Assembly (NCBI GenBank): GCA_938084885.1
Contig: CALKGG010000023.1
Location: forward strand, 35,065 to 99,064
Origin: an uncultured Acidimicrobiales bacterium
GTDB lineage: Bacteria > Actinomycetota > Acidimicrobiia > Acidimicrobiales > SHLQ01
Length of the DNA: 64,000 bases
Direction: 5' to 3'
Made by a program: the position numbers and the translations under genes. Position 1 is the first letter of the stretch; every line of letters starts with the position of its first letter. Shown here piece after piece: positions 19,079 through 28,748 of this stretch. Below the pieces are notes generated by a model, which was not told the DNA's origin, made no database searches, and worked only from the letters and a program-made list of their open reading frames with translations.

Positions 19079-20065
19079 ATGGCTGATGTTGAATTGGACG
19101 AGATCGAGGCTGCTGCACGGCAAGCGTTGCTCGTTGCTGGGGCCCGCGACGGTGTGGCTGGTGAAGTTGCAAAGGCCGTTCGTGTTGCAGAATCCAAAGG
19201 CAACAAGATCTGTGGGCTGTACTACCTCGATAGCTATTGCAAGCAACTGAAGTCAGGGCGAATCGATCGAGACGCCGTCCCCACAGTGCACGTCGATCGG
19301 CCGGGCGCAGTTCGCGTTGACGCAAAGCTGGGCTTTGCCCAGACCGCGTTCGCTGCTGGACTCAACGCAGCTCTTGAGTCGGCACGTGCAAATGGCATCT
19401 GCGGCTTCAGCATCGAACACAGCCACACCTGTACCTCGCTCGGCTACTTCACCGAGCAACTCGCCAACGCCGGCATGTTGGCGATCGGAGCGACCAACGC
19501 AACGCCACGAGTCGCCCCGCCCGGCGGATCAAAACCACTTCTTGGCACGAACCCCATTGCAATGGCAGTGCCCGATGGACATGGCGGCGTGGCATTCCAG
19601 TTCGACTTCAGCACGAGCGCCGTAGCGCTCGGCAAGATCACGATGGCAGCCGCCGCAGGAGAGAGTATTCCGCTCGGGTGGGCGGTCGACGTACACGGTG
19701 AACCAACGACCGATCCACACGCGGCACTCGAGGGCTCACTTGTTTCGGCAGGTGGCTACAAGGGCTACGGGATTGGGCTCATGGTCGAGATCTTGGCGTC
19801 GGCCTTGACCGGATCGAACCGCAGCGTCGACACCCCGCCCCTCAAAGCGCCGGAAGGCCCGCCGCACGATCTTGGGCAGTTCTACATCGTCATCGATCCA
19901 ACCGCGTACGCCGATCAAGCCTTCTACGATCACCTTTCCGCCCTTGCGCAATCGATCGCCGAACAACCCGGCACCCGCCTACCTGGTCAGATCACCGCAA
20001 CTCAAACGTCGGTAGAGGTCGAAGATGATGTGTGGGAGTCCGTGAACGCTCTCGCCAACGCGTAG
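19079..20065 (+). CDS. Ldh_2 family (malate/L-lactate/ureidoglycolate-type) dehydrogenase
   Basis: 328 aa. GYKGYGIGLMVEILASALTG plus the N-terminal pattern of the Ldh_2 family. Confidence 0.75.
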   Translation: MADVELDEIEAAARQALLVAGARDGVAGEVAKAVRVAESKGNKICGLYYLDSYCKQLKSGRIDRDAVPTVHVDRPGAVRVDAKLGFAQTAFAAGLNAALESARANGICGFSIEHSHTCTSLGYFTEQLANAGMLAIGATNATPRVAPPGGSKPLLGTNPIAMAVPDGHGGVAFQFDFSTSAVALGKITMAAAAGESIPLGWAVDVHGEPTTDPHAALEGSLVSAGGYKGYGIGLMVEILASALTGSNRSVDTPPLKAPEGPPHDLGQFYIVIDPTAYADQAFYDHLSALAQSIAEQPGTRLPGQITATQTSVEVEDDVWESVNALANA

Positions 20066-20082
20066 GTCTGGGCGCCGCGGTT

Positions 20083-20739
20083 CTAGTTGACGTGGACGTC
20101 GGCGGTCATACCGATCGGTGCAACGCCAGGAACCCGTGACTCCCGAGAGAAGAGCTCCTCCATCAACGGAACGAAGTCGCCAATCGGCAGCGTCGGGTAG
20201 TCGGGGTCGAAGCAATTCTGGTCGTACTCGTGGCAAAACGTGATGCACGCGTCGTAGTGCTCGTTGTCCTTGTGCAACTCGCGAGCGTTACGGTCGCCGT
20301 CCATGTGATGGAAGTAGTAGTAGCCCTGGAACAGTCCGTGGTGCTTGACAACCCAATGCACCTCGTCATCGACGAACGGGGCCAAGATCGCTGCGGCGGT
20401 CGCGCTGTGATTCTGGGGCGCAATTGGATCGGCAATATCGTGCAGCAAACAACCAATCACCATGTCGAGACGCTCGTCTGCGCGAAGGGCTCGAGACGCT
20501 GACTGCAATGAATGCTCGTAGCGATCGACCTGATAGCCAAGCTTGGGACCCCTCATGACGTCGAGAAGACGGATCATGTTCTCAACAAGCTCGCCTTGGG
20601 TGTGCTCGGTGTAGAGCTGCCCGAGCATCTCGTAGTCCTCCCGAGTGCCATCAGCCATCTGTGTCCATGTCACCGAATCCATCCGCGAATCGTACAGTGC
20701 CAAGCTCGACGAAGATAGGTCCAGGTCGGTGCGCCACAA
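20083..20739 (-). CDS. HD-domain protein with dinuclear-type ligand pattern (PhnZ/MIOX-like?)
   Basis: 218 aa. YEHSLQSA-x17-LLHD, then NH and KHH further on. An H-x24-HD spacing was read directly. Alternative start at ATG 20682. Confidence 0.55.
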   Translation of the reverse strand: MWRTDLDLSSSSLALYDSRMDSVTWTQMADGTREDYEMLGQLYTEHTQGELVENMIRLLDVMRGPKLGYQVDRYEHSLQSASRALRADERLDMVIGCLLHDIADPIAPQNHSATAAAILAPFVDDEVHWVVKHHGLFQGYYYFHHMDGDRNARELHKDNEHYDACITFCHEYDQNCFDPDYPTLPIGDFVPLMEELFSRESRVPGVAPIGMTADVHVN

Positions 20740-20778
20740 ACGGACAGCTCGTGTTGTCTATGGGCACTCGCTGTTGGC

Positions 20779-22407
20779 TTACAGCACGGACCCATCGGCG
20801 CGGTCCACCATCATCAACACCGCGGTGGTCAGGACCATCAAGATCACGCTCAGCGCCATTGCTTGGCCGCGGAGTAGGTCGCCGGGCTGGCTGAGCAAGC
20901 GGCCGATCGCTAGCGGTACGGTCATGAATTCGGGTCGGCGGCCAACGAACGATGTCGCTCCGAACTCGCCAAGTGAGATGGCGAAGGCGAAGCCAGCGCC
21001 AATCGCCAATGCACGCCGAGCAATCGGTAGGTCGATGTCGCGCCGGATTCGACCAGGGGTCGCCCCCATACTCGCCGCTGCCTCTCGGAGCTTCGGATCG
21101 ATTGCTCGCAACACCGGGACCATTGCTCGGGTGACGAACGGAACGCCGATCAAGGCTTGGGTCAGTGGGATGATCACCCACGTTTGACGAATGTCGTACC
21201 ACGACGAGTCGAACGTGATCAGCACGCCGAAACCCAACGTCACTGCCGATGTGCCGAGCGGTAGTAGATACGCGGTGTCGAGCAGGCGGCTCCACCTTCT
21301 GGAACCGTAGGCAATGGCGAACGATGCCCAGCCGCCCATGACCGTTGCGAGCAACGCTGCCACGCACGAGAAGCCGACCGAGTTGAGTACCGCCCGTCTG
21401 GGCGTGACGGTGAGAAAGGGTGGGCGATCACTCAAGGCGGCGTAGTTGGCGAATCCATAGCCATTTCCGTTGCGCAGGGACTGCTCGACGAGCGCAGCGA
21501 TGGGGACGGCGAGCAAGCCGAGCGTGACAATGATGGTCGTCCATACAACCGCAGCACCAACCGTCGTACGAGCTGGCCGCAATCGCTTGCCGATTCGATC
21601 ACCCGAGCTCAATCGACCGCGCAGGCGAAGGTTCGCTGCGACAAGGAGCACGACCACGACAAGCTGCACAACCGACAACACCGCCGCAGTCGAAAAGTCG
21701 GTTCGGTTGATCGCGTAGCGAAAGATCTCCGTTTCGATTGTGCGCTGGCGGGCACCACCAAGAATGAGTACGACACCAAAGGAGGTGAAGGTGAAGAAGA
21801 AGACCAGAAAGGATGCGGCGAGCAGCGACGGTCGGAGCCGTCGGAACGTGATCTGAAAGAACGCACCGAGCGCAGTGGCGCCCAACACACGCGCCGCGTG
21901 CTCGTCATCGCGAGACAGCTGGCTCCAATAGCCGCCGACTGTACGGACCACAACGGCCACGTTGAAGAACACGTGGGCCACAATGATTGCAAAAACCGAC
22001 CGATTGAGCGCGAAGGTTCCAGTAGTGAGTCCGAGTTGTTCGCTCGTCGCAAGAAAAGCGCCCGCAACGACGACTGTTGGGAGCACAAACGGCACCGTCA
22101 CGAGCGCATTGACGAGTCGGCGGCCTCGGAACGAGACGTTTGCGAGCACCGCGGTCAAGGGCATTGCAACAACGACGGTCAAGAGCGTCGACGCAACAGC
22201 CTGCCAAAGGGTGAACCAGGCAGCGGAACGTATGGTCGGCGAGGTGAGCGTGTCGATGAACGCGGCTCCGCCGCCATCACCTAAACCTCGTATGAGAAGT
22301 TGGGTGACGGGAAGGATGAAGAAGATCCCGAGGAAAAGCGCGGGCCCGAATACGAGCCCGATCGTTCCCGCTCGGGAGCGTCCTATCCAAGAACGATGGC
22401 GTTCCAC
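20779..22407 (-). CDS. thiP: ABC transporter permease, double (12-TM) ThiP-type
   Basis: 542 aa with two fused MetI-like permease halves. Overlaps the upstream binding-protein gene by 25 nt. Downstream of a TPP riboswitch. Confidence 0.75.
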   Translation of the reverse strand: MERHRSWIGRSRAGTIGLVFGPALFLGIFFILPVTQLLIRGLGDGGGAAFIDTLTSPTIRSAAWFTLWQAVASTLLTVVVAMPLTAVLANVSFRGRRLVNALVTVPFVLPTVVVAGAFLATSEQLGLTTGTFALNRSVFAIIVAHVFFNVAVVVRTVGGYWSQLSRDDEHAARVLGATALGAFFQITFRRLRPSLLAASFLVFFFTFTSFGVVLILGGARQRTIETEIFRYAINRTDFSTAAVLSVVQLVVVVLLVAANLRLRGRLSSGDRIGKRLRPARTTVGAAVVWTTIIVTLGLLAVPIAALVEQSLRNGNGYGFANYAALSDRPPFLTVTPRRAVLNSVGFSCVAALLATVMGGWASFAIAYGSRRWSRLLDTAYLLPLGTSAVTLGFGVLITFDSSWYDIRQTWVIIPLTQALIGVPFVTRAMVPVLRAIDPKLREAAASMGATPGRIRRDIDLPIARRALAIGAGFAFAISLGEFGATSFVGRRPEFMTVPLAIGRLLSQPGDLLRGQAMALSVILMVLTTAVLMMVDRADGSVL

Positions 22408-23507
22408 CGTTCGGTCCAGTCGTCGCGGTTTGCTTCGATCTCGGCCGGGTCGATAATCAACGGGTCGTCGGCAAGAGGGCCAAAGTCGATGAACGCGTCG
22501 GGCAGTTCGGCCTCGCTGTTTGCTGGATATACGAACATGTTGAGCGGCACATCTTCTTGGAACGTCGAACCGAGCATGAAGTCGATCAGTGCGGCTGCGG
22601 CGTCGGGGTGTTCGGTGCCAGCGAGGATTCCAGCGAACTCGATCTGGCGGAAGCAGCTATCGAAGAGGACTCCCGTTGGTGGGGCTTCGACGGGCGGGTC
22701 GGCGAAGAGGAACTCAGCTGGAGGGCTCGAAGCATATGAGGTCACGATCGCACGCTCGCCGCCGCCAGCGGTGAACTCGCCATAGTAGGCGTCGTTCCAT
22801 CCAGCGGTCACCGACAGGCCGTTGTCGACCAAGGAGGTCCAGTAGTCCTCCCATCCGTCCTCGCCAAAGCGCGCAATAGTGGCCAAAAGGAAGGCAAAGC
22901 CGGGCGATGACGTCTCGGGGTTCTCGGTGACGAACTGACCTGCGTTCACGGGGTCGAGTAGATCGTCGAGCGTTTCGGGTGCCGTGCCGGGCAAGGCGTC
23001 GGTCCAGTAGTTGACGCATACGTCGCCAAAGTCGATGGGCGTGACCCGGTTGAACGGATCGAGTTGGAGATCGTCGGGAACCGTGCCGAGTCCAGAAGAG
23101 ACATACGGAGTGAAGAGGCCAGCGTCGAGCCCACGACACAGGAAGCTGTTGTCGATGCCGAAGAGCACATCTGCGGTTGGTTCGCCGGCGGTGAGCACCG
23201 ACTGGCTGACGAGTTGGCCGGCGTCACCAACGGCGACTTGTTCGACGGTGATCCCGGTTTCGGCAGTGAACGCTTCGAGCGTTCCCTCTGACAGTGCGAA
23301 CGAGTCGTGCGTGGCGAGGGTGATTGTTGTTCCGTCGAGAGCGGTGAGGTCGTCGGCGGCCTCGACAGCACGCAGGCCGGGATCGGCGAAGCATTCACTT
23401 TCGGCGGCCGTGTCTGCGGTGCTACTGCCGCAGGCTGCGGCGATCAACGCAACGAGGGCAAGCAATGCACCCGTGCGAAATGAACGGTTGGTCATGGTCT
23501 TCATCAT
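22383..23507 (-). CDS. thiB: Thiamine/TPP ABC transporter substrate-binding lipoprotein
   Basis: 374 aa. Lipobox LIAAACG and a ThiB/FbpA-class fold pattern (ITLATHDSF..., VLFGIDN). Immediately preceded by a TPP riboswitch. Confidence 0.75.
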   Translation of the reverse strand: MMKTMTNRSFRTGALLALVALIAAACGSSTADTAAESECFADPGLRAVEAADDLTALDGTTITLATHDSFALSEGTLEAFTAETGITVEQVAVGDAGQLVSQSVLTAGEPTADVLFGIDNSFLCRGLDAGLFTPYVSSGLGTVPDDLQLDPFNRVTPIDFGDVCVNYWTDALPGTAPETLDDLLDPVNAGQFVTENPETSSPGFAFLLATIARFGEDGWEDYWTSLVDNGLSVTAGWNDAYYGEFTAGGGERAIVTSYASSPPAEFLFADPPVEAPPTGVLFDSCFRQIEFAGILAGTEHPDAAAALIDFMLGSTFQEDVPLNMFVYPANSEAELPDAFIDFGPLADDPLIIDPAEIEANRDDWTERWNAIVLG

Positions 23508-23602
23508 CTTCCTCCGCTGGCATTACCCAGTTCAGGTTGTGCGGGTCGGTGACGCGGGAGTCACCCTCTCAGCCCGGCATATGCCCAAGCTCCCCGGTGT
23601 GG
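23508..23602 (-). promoter_or_regulatory. TPP (THI-box) riboswitch
   Basis: The minus-strand RNA reads GGGGAGC..GGGCUGAGAGGG..ACCCGCACAACCUGAACUGGGUAAUGCCAGCGGAGGAAG AUG. CUGAGA is at 23567-72, ACCUGA at 23532-37 and GCCAGCG at 23515-21. The 3' end overlaps the thiB SD (GGAGGAAG). Confidence 0.85.
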
Positions 23603-23745
23603 TTGTCCCGTCAGTCTATGCGACGTGCGCTGCCTTTTTCGAGGTGACTTCGGTCGAGGGTCGTGACCGGAAGTGCGCCAGAGATTTTCCCGGCATATTT
23701 CCCTCATCCATCTTGCTCTGATGAGACTTCTTCCGATAGTGCAGG

Positions 23746-25167
23746 GTGATGATTCCTCACTCGCCGTCGGTTCGTAGCGTCGTCTTCGCGACAGCCGAGG
23801 CAGCGCCGATTGCTCGGGTCGGCGGTCTTGCCGAGGCCGCAGCCGGCCTTATCCGCTCCCTGCAACACACGACCGACATCGATCTGATGGTTGTACTTCC
23901 CGACTACGGAGGTGTCGAGTTGGCAAACGAAGTTATTCGGCCTCTCGAAGTTCCCGACTGGGTCGGTGAAGCCCACGTCCGTTCTGGAACCGTTGACGAG
24001 CTCGGCATGGTGCACCTCGTGGGCACGCCGAGTCTCACTCGGCCGCACCCCTATGTGGACGAGTTTGGCGAAGGCTGGACCGACAACGATCATCGGTTCT
24101 TTGGTTTCTCTGCTGCGGTTGCAGCGATTACGAATCGGGTGCAGCCCGACGTGCTCCACCTCAATGACTGGCACACCGCTATGGCCCTTGCGTGGGTTGA
24201 TACTCCGACCGTGTACACGATTCACACCCTCGGCTACCAAGGCCATGCCGACGCTGCATGGCTGGACAGAATTGGCTCTGAGCGTGGACGTGCGTTCGAG
24301 TGGTTTGGTGAGGTAAACCCGGCTGCGGGGGCGATTCGTCTCGCCGACAAAGTGATCGCCGTGAGCCCCAATTACGCGAAGGAAATTGTCGATCCGGCCC
24401 GCGGGGAAGGCCTTCACAATCTCCTCGCTGCGCGTGGGAGTGATCTCGTTGGCATCAGAAACGGGATCGACGCCACACTGTGGAATCCTCTGACCGATCC
24501 GGCCATTGTCCAACGCTACGGCCGGACCACCCTCGGCGATAAGGAAGCAACGGCTGCACATCTGCGTTCACTCGTTGGTTGGGAGCCGAGCGATGGGCCG
24601 ATGATTGGAATGGTCACTCGACTCGTCGAACAAAAGGGCATCGACCTCGTCCTCGGTCTTGTGCCCTACCTCGAGAAGATGAACGCACGGGTGATCCTCC
24701 TTGGCAGCGGAGCCGAGCGGGTATCGATGTGGGCTCGTCAGCTCGCCGTTTCATACCCCGATCAGTTCGCGTTTATCGATGGCTACGACCTCGAAGTCGC
24801 GCACCAAATATTTGCCGGCGCAGACATCTTCTGTATGCCGAGCAGGTTCGAACCGTGTGGTCTCGCGCAAATGCAGGCAATGCGCTACGGCACGATCCCT
24901 GTGGTCACACCTGTTGGTGGCCTCGTCGACACTGTGGTCGATGCCGATGGTGATCAGAAGAACGGCACGGGGTTTGTTGCACAGACGATCGATTCGCTTG
25001 GGATGCTCGATGCGCTCCACCGAGCGATTGCAGCGTGGCGGGTGCGCCGTCGCCGAGTTGGCATTCAAAAGCGCGGTATGGCGGTCGACTGGAGTTGGGA
25101 TAACCCAACGCAACAACACCTCGCCGTCTACGGCGACGCGTTAGCGTCGCGGGAGCACGCCGAATAG
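23746..25167 (+). CDS. glgA: Glycogen/starch synthase (GT5, ADP-glucose type)
   Basis: 473 aa. N-terminal AAPIARVGGLAE (KxGGL-type motif) and C-terminal PSRFEPCGLAQMQAMRYGTIPVV..VGGLVDTV. Confidence 0.88.
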   Translation: MMIPHSPSVRSVVFATAEAAPIARVGGLAEAAAGLIRSLQHTTDIDLMVVLPDYGGVELANEVIRPLEVPDWVGEAHVRSGTVDELGMVHLVGTPSLTRPHPYVDEFGEGWTDNDHRFFGFSAAVAAITNRVQPDVLHLNDWHTAMALAWVDTPTVYTIHTLGYQGHADAAWLDRIGSERGRAFEWFGEVNPAAGAIRLADKVIAVSPNYAKEIVDPARGEGLHNLLAARGSDLVGIRNGIDATLWNPLTDPAIVQRYGRTTLGDKEATAAHLRSLVGWEPSDGPMIGMVTRLVEQKGIDLVLGLVPYLEKMNARVILLGSGAERVSMWARQLAVSYPDQFAFIDGYDLEVAHQIFAGADIFCMPSRFEPCGLAQMQAMRYGTIPVVTPVGGLVDTVVDADGDQKNGTGFVAQTIDSLGMLDALHRAIAAWRVRRRRVGIQKRGMAVDWSWDNPTQQHLAVYGDALASREHAE

Positions 25168-25218
25168 CCGCCACGACGCCAGACGATGGGCTGCGAGGAC
25201 TCGTTACGAGAGGACCCA

Positions 25219-25689
25219 ATGAAGTTGCTGATGACCATACTGGCCGGGGCGTTTCTTGTGGTGGGCTGTAGCGCCGACGACACCACAACTCGCAATGAGA
25301 CCGACGAGATTGTTGAGGCGGGCGAGATCGATGTCTTTGCCGTCCAGCTGGGTGACTGCATTAGTTGGGACAGTACCGAGGTCACGAGGTTTGCCGGTGT
25401 TCCCTGTGATGAGCCTCACGACGGCGAGATCTACGAACTGTTCGACATCACCGGGTTCGATGAGTACCCCGGCGAAGAGGTCGTCGGCGAGCTCGCCGAC
25501 GAGGGTTGCTTTGTTGCATTCGAGCCGTTCATCGGGATTGCCTTCGCCGAATCTGACTTCTTCTTTACGCGCTTTGCGCCGAGCCAGGAGACGTGGGAAC
25601 AGGTCAACGACCGAGAGGTCATCTGCATTGTGAATCCGGGCGAGGGAGAACCGCAGCTCACCATGTCGCTCGAAGGGGTCGCTCAGTAG
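25219..25689 (+). CDS. Lipoprotein, septum-formation (Septum_form)-like
   Basis: Lipobox FLVVGCS and paired-Cys motifs (LGDCISW, VPCDEPHDGEIY, EGCF, VICIV). GAGAGGA SD ahead of ATG 25219. Confidence 0.55.
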   Translation: MKLLMTILAGAFLVVGCSADDTTTRNETDEIVEAGEIDVFAVQLGDCISWDSTEVTRFAGVPCDEPHDGEIYELFDITGFDEYPGEEVVGELADEGCFVAFEPFIGIAFAESDFFFTRFAPSQETWEQVNDREVICIVNPGEGEPQLTMSLEGVAQ

Positions 25690-25715
25690 CGACGCGTTGG
25701 CGACAACGGCGCTGA

Positions 25716-26963
25716 TTAAGGAGCGATAATCGAGTTCTTCGGAACGACCGCGATTCCACCGCTGCTGACCGTGCAGTGTTTGGCGTCGGCCTCTGGGTCG
25801 ACTCCGATCTGCACGCCTGCGGGAACGATCACGTTCTTGTCGATGACACAGTTGCGCAGCACCGTGTCGGGGCCAACCGTGACATCATCGAGCAGCACAA
25901 CGTTTTCGAGGTCTGCGCCGTGGTGCACGTGCGAGCCAACACCGACCACCGAATTGGCAACGCGTGCGCCCGAGACGATGACACCGGTACTGACAATCGA
26001 ATTGTTTACGTTTGGATCGCCGGTGCGGTAATCGCTGACGAACTTTGCAGGGGGGAGGTTGCGGCTGTAGCTGAAGATCGGCCAGCTCGGGTTGTAGAGG
26101 TTGAAGATCGGCTCGGGCTGGACGAGGTCCATGTTGGCGTCGAAGTACGAGTCGAGTGTTCCGACATCTCGCCAGTAGTGGCGATTGCGTTCGGTGTCGC
26201 CGGGGACGACGTTCTCGGTGAAGTCATAGACACTCGCTTCGCCGCGGCTGACGAGCGCAGGGATGAGGTCGCCACCGACATCGTGCGCTGAGGTGTCCTT
26301 ACGAGCATCGTCGGCGGCGAGGTCCATCAGCATCTCGGTCGAGAAGATGTAGTTGCCCATTGAGGCGAGCACTTCGTCGGGTGAATCGGGAAGCCCTTCG
26401 GCAGCGTCTGGCTTCTCGTCGAACCGGAGAATCTTGCTCGATCCAGGGCCGATGGTGATGACGCCGAACTGGTTGGATTCGGCTCGGGGAACCCGAATCC
26501 CAGCGACCGTGGCGGCGCTACCCGTTTCCATGTGGGCGTCGAGCATTTGGCGGGCATCGATCCGGTAGATGTGATCGGCGCCAAAGACGATGATGTTTTC
26601 GGGGCGCTCATCGTCGATCAGGTTGAAGTTTTGGTAGATCGCATCGAGCGACCCCATGAACCACTGAGGCCCGCGACGCATCTGTGCAGGCACGGTCGTG
26701 ACGTAGTTGCCAAGCTCGCTAGAAAGGCTCCACGTCCGTGAGATATGCACATCGAGGCTGTGCGACTTGTACTGCGTGAGAACGACAATTTTTCGGTAGC
26801 CGGAGTTGACCAAGTTCGAAATGGCGAAATCGATGAGTCGGTATCGGCCGCCGAATGGGACGGCTGGTTTTGCTCGGTGGGCCGTGAGGGGCATGAGGCG
26901 TTTGCCTTCTCCCCCTGCCAAGACCATGCAGAGAACGTTTGGGCGGCGACCGGAATGTTGCAT
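25716..26963 (-). CDS. glgC: Glucose-1-phosphate adenylyltransferase
   Basis: 415 aa. LAGGEGKRLMPLT..RAKPAVPFGGRYRLIDFAISN plus a C-terminal left-handed beta-helix region. Confidence 0.92.
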   Translation of the reverse strand: MQHSGRRPNVLCMVLAGGEGKRLMPLTAHRAKPAVPFGGRYRLIDFAISNLVNSGYRKIVVLTQYKSHSLDVHISRTWSLSSELGNYVTTVPAQMRRGPQWFMGSLDAIYQNFNLIDDERPENIIVFGADHIYRIDARQMLDAHMETGSAATVAGIRVPRAESNQFGVITIGPGSSKILRFDEKPDAAEGLPDSPDEVLASMGNYIFSTEMLMDLAADDARKDTSAHDVGGDLIPALVSRGEASVYDFTENVVPGDTERNRHYWRDVGTLDSYFDANMDLVQPEPIFNLYNPSWPIFSYSRNLPPAKFVSDYRTGDPNVNNSIVSTGVIVSGARVANSVVGVGSHVHHGADLENVVLLDDVTVGPDTVLRNCVIDKNVIVPAGVQIGVDPEADAKHCTVSSGGIAVVPKNSIIAP

Positions 26964-27051
26964 GGCGAGAGCTTAGTGGTCGCATGCCGCTCAACGCTGG
27001 TACGCCTACCCCGCCAATCGCGGCCCGCCGGCATGGGCCTGGGGTGCGGCT

Positions 27052-28719
27052 TCAGCGAATTGCCGCTATTCCGGCGATACCCGATTCGACCGTGAAGGTT
27101 GCGGTGATTGCGACGTTTGAGTCTTCGTTGGTGACGTCGTCGATGGTGTGCAATCTCGTCGTCCAGCTCTCAGGAGTCACCTCACTGGTCATGAACCCGT
27201 TTTCTGGTGAGAAGTGGCGCACTTGCGGGTTGACGGCGAGCACCAGCGGGGCGAGGCCGCGGAGTGTTTCGGGGAACGTCGAGCTGATCGCTGGTGCCAT
27301 AAACTCGGTCGCCATGATGGGACCTGAAAGGTCGAACGGGTCGCTGCGAATGTCGGCTGCACTGCTCGAATGAAAGTCTCCCGACAGCACCACGAGGTTG
27401 GCGTCGGCACCACCAATCGTGTCGAGCATGTTCTGCCGTTCGCCAAAGTAGCCATCCCACGTGTCGGTGTTGATTGCGGGCACTGGCCCCGGAAAAGCAT
27501 TTAGGCCGTGCATGTACACCTGGTTGCCCAACACATTCCACTGTGCCGACGATGTCGAGACTTGGCGCTCTAGCCATTGCCGTTGGGTGGTTCCGAGCAT
27601 CGATTGCGCGGGGTTTCGGGCGTCGTTGCTGAGCTGACGAACACCGAGATTGCCGACCCCGGGTAGCGCGACCGGGTCTCCGTCGGTGGGTTGGGGTGTG
27701 CGGAACTGGCGGCCGTCGAGCATGTGGAGATGGACAAGGTCTCCCCATTCGATCGACCGGTAGATCACGAAGTCTTCGCCGCGTACGGGCGGGTCCATGC
27801 GCACTGGCATGTGCTCCCACCATGCTTGGTAGCCAGCATTGCGGCGGAGCGCGAAGGCGTCGGTGTCTTGGCCATCCTCGGTCGTGTTGGCGGCATGGTT
27901 GTTGTCGACTTCGTGGTCGTCCCACGTGACGATCCACGGCCGGGCGAGATGGTGCGCCTGGAGGGAAGGGTCGGACTTGTATAGGCCATAGCGCTGCCGG
28001 TAGCCGTCGAGTGTTGTGACCTCGGGCGAGTCGTGGACTCGTCCACCCGCCGAGGAGACATCGCCGTTGTTGCCCGGACCGTACTCGTAGATGTAATCGC
28101 CGAGCCAGACGAACAGGTCGAGGTCGAGGTCGGCGAGGTGCCGGTGCGCGCTGTAGGCCCCACTTTCCCAATTTTGACACGACGAGAATCCGAAGCGGAG
28201 CGGGGGAGGGTTGCTGCCTCGAGCCGGGAGCGTGCGGGTGCGTCCAGTGGCCGAGACGTGTTCTCCAGCCCGAAACCGGTAGTGATACCAACTGTTTGAT
28301 TCGAGGCCTTCGGGAATGGCGTGCACGCTGTTGGCGTATGCTGCCGGCGCATCGACAAGGCCGGAGTAGGCAAGGTCATCGAAGGCTGCATCGTGTGCAA
28401 CATCGACCGCCACGACGAGGTTGCTCGTTGGTGTTTCGACGTTGCTGATCAGCCTGGTCCATAACACGACCGAGTCGGCATCGGGGTCTCCCGATGCGAC
28501 ACCTAGCTGAAAGGGAAAGTCGCCTTCGTATGGGGGAGCGTCGACGAGGACGACCTCGGGCTCGGTGGTCGTTGTGGTCGTTGCGTCAGTAGGAGTCGCG
28601 TCGGGGGTGGCGTCGGTAGGAGTCGCGTCGGCGGCGTCTGCGCCTTGGTCACCGGAGGTGCATCCAGTTGCGGCCAGGCCAACAGTTCCAAGTAAGAGTT
28701 CACGACGCGAGAGGGCCAC
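27052..28719 (-). CDS. phoD: Alkaline phosphatase D family protein (Tat-exported)
   Basis: Twin-arginine signal (V)ALSRRELLLGTVGLAATGC and PhoD-type metallophosphatase motifs (WLGDYIYE, WDDHEVDNN). Start chosen at GTG 28719, because the longer ORF (to 28857) would overlap the upstream gene. Confidence 0.8.
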   Translation of the reverse strand: MALSRRELLLGTVGLAATGCTSGDQGADAADATPTDATPDATPTDATTTTTTEPEVVLVDAPPYEGDFPFQLGVASGDPDADSVVLWTRLISNVETPTSNLVVAVDVAHDAAFDDLAYSGLVDAPAAYANSVHAIPEGLESNSWYHYRFRAGEHVSATGRTRTLPARGSNPPPLRFGFSSCQNWESGAYSAHRHLADLDLDLFVWLGDYIYEYGPGNNGDVSSAGGRVHDSPEVTTLDGYRQRYGLYKSDPSLQAHHLARPWIVTWDDHEVDNNHAANTTEDGQDTDAFALRRNAGYQAWWEHMPVRMDPPVRGEDFVIYRSIEWGDLVHLHMLDGRQFRTPQPTDGDPVALPGVGNLGVRQLSNDARNPAQSMLGTTQRQWLERQVSTSSAQWNVLGNQVYMHGLNAFPGPVPAINTDTWDGYFGERQNMLDTIGGADANLVVLSGDFHSSSAADIRSDPFDLSGPIMATEFMAPAISSTFPETLRGLAPLVLAVNPQVRHFSPENGFMTSEVTPESWTTRLHTIDDVTNEDSNVAITATFTVESGIAGIAAIR

Positions 28720-28748
28720 GTCGTTGTTGTAGCAGCTGCGGGACGGAC

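Noticed and set aside
27182-28291. 369-aa alternate-frame ORF inside the phoD gene.
   Set aside because: The translation is extremely Arg/Pro-rich, whereas the phoD frame carries the Tat signal and metallophosphatase motifs.
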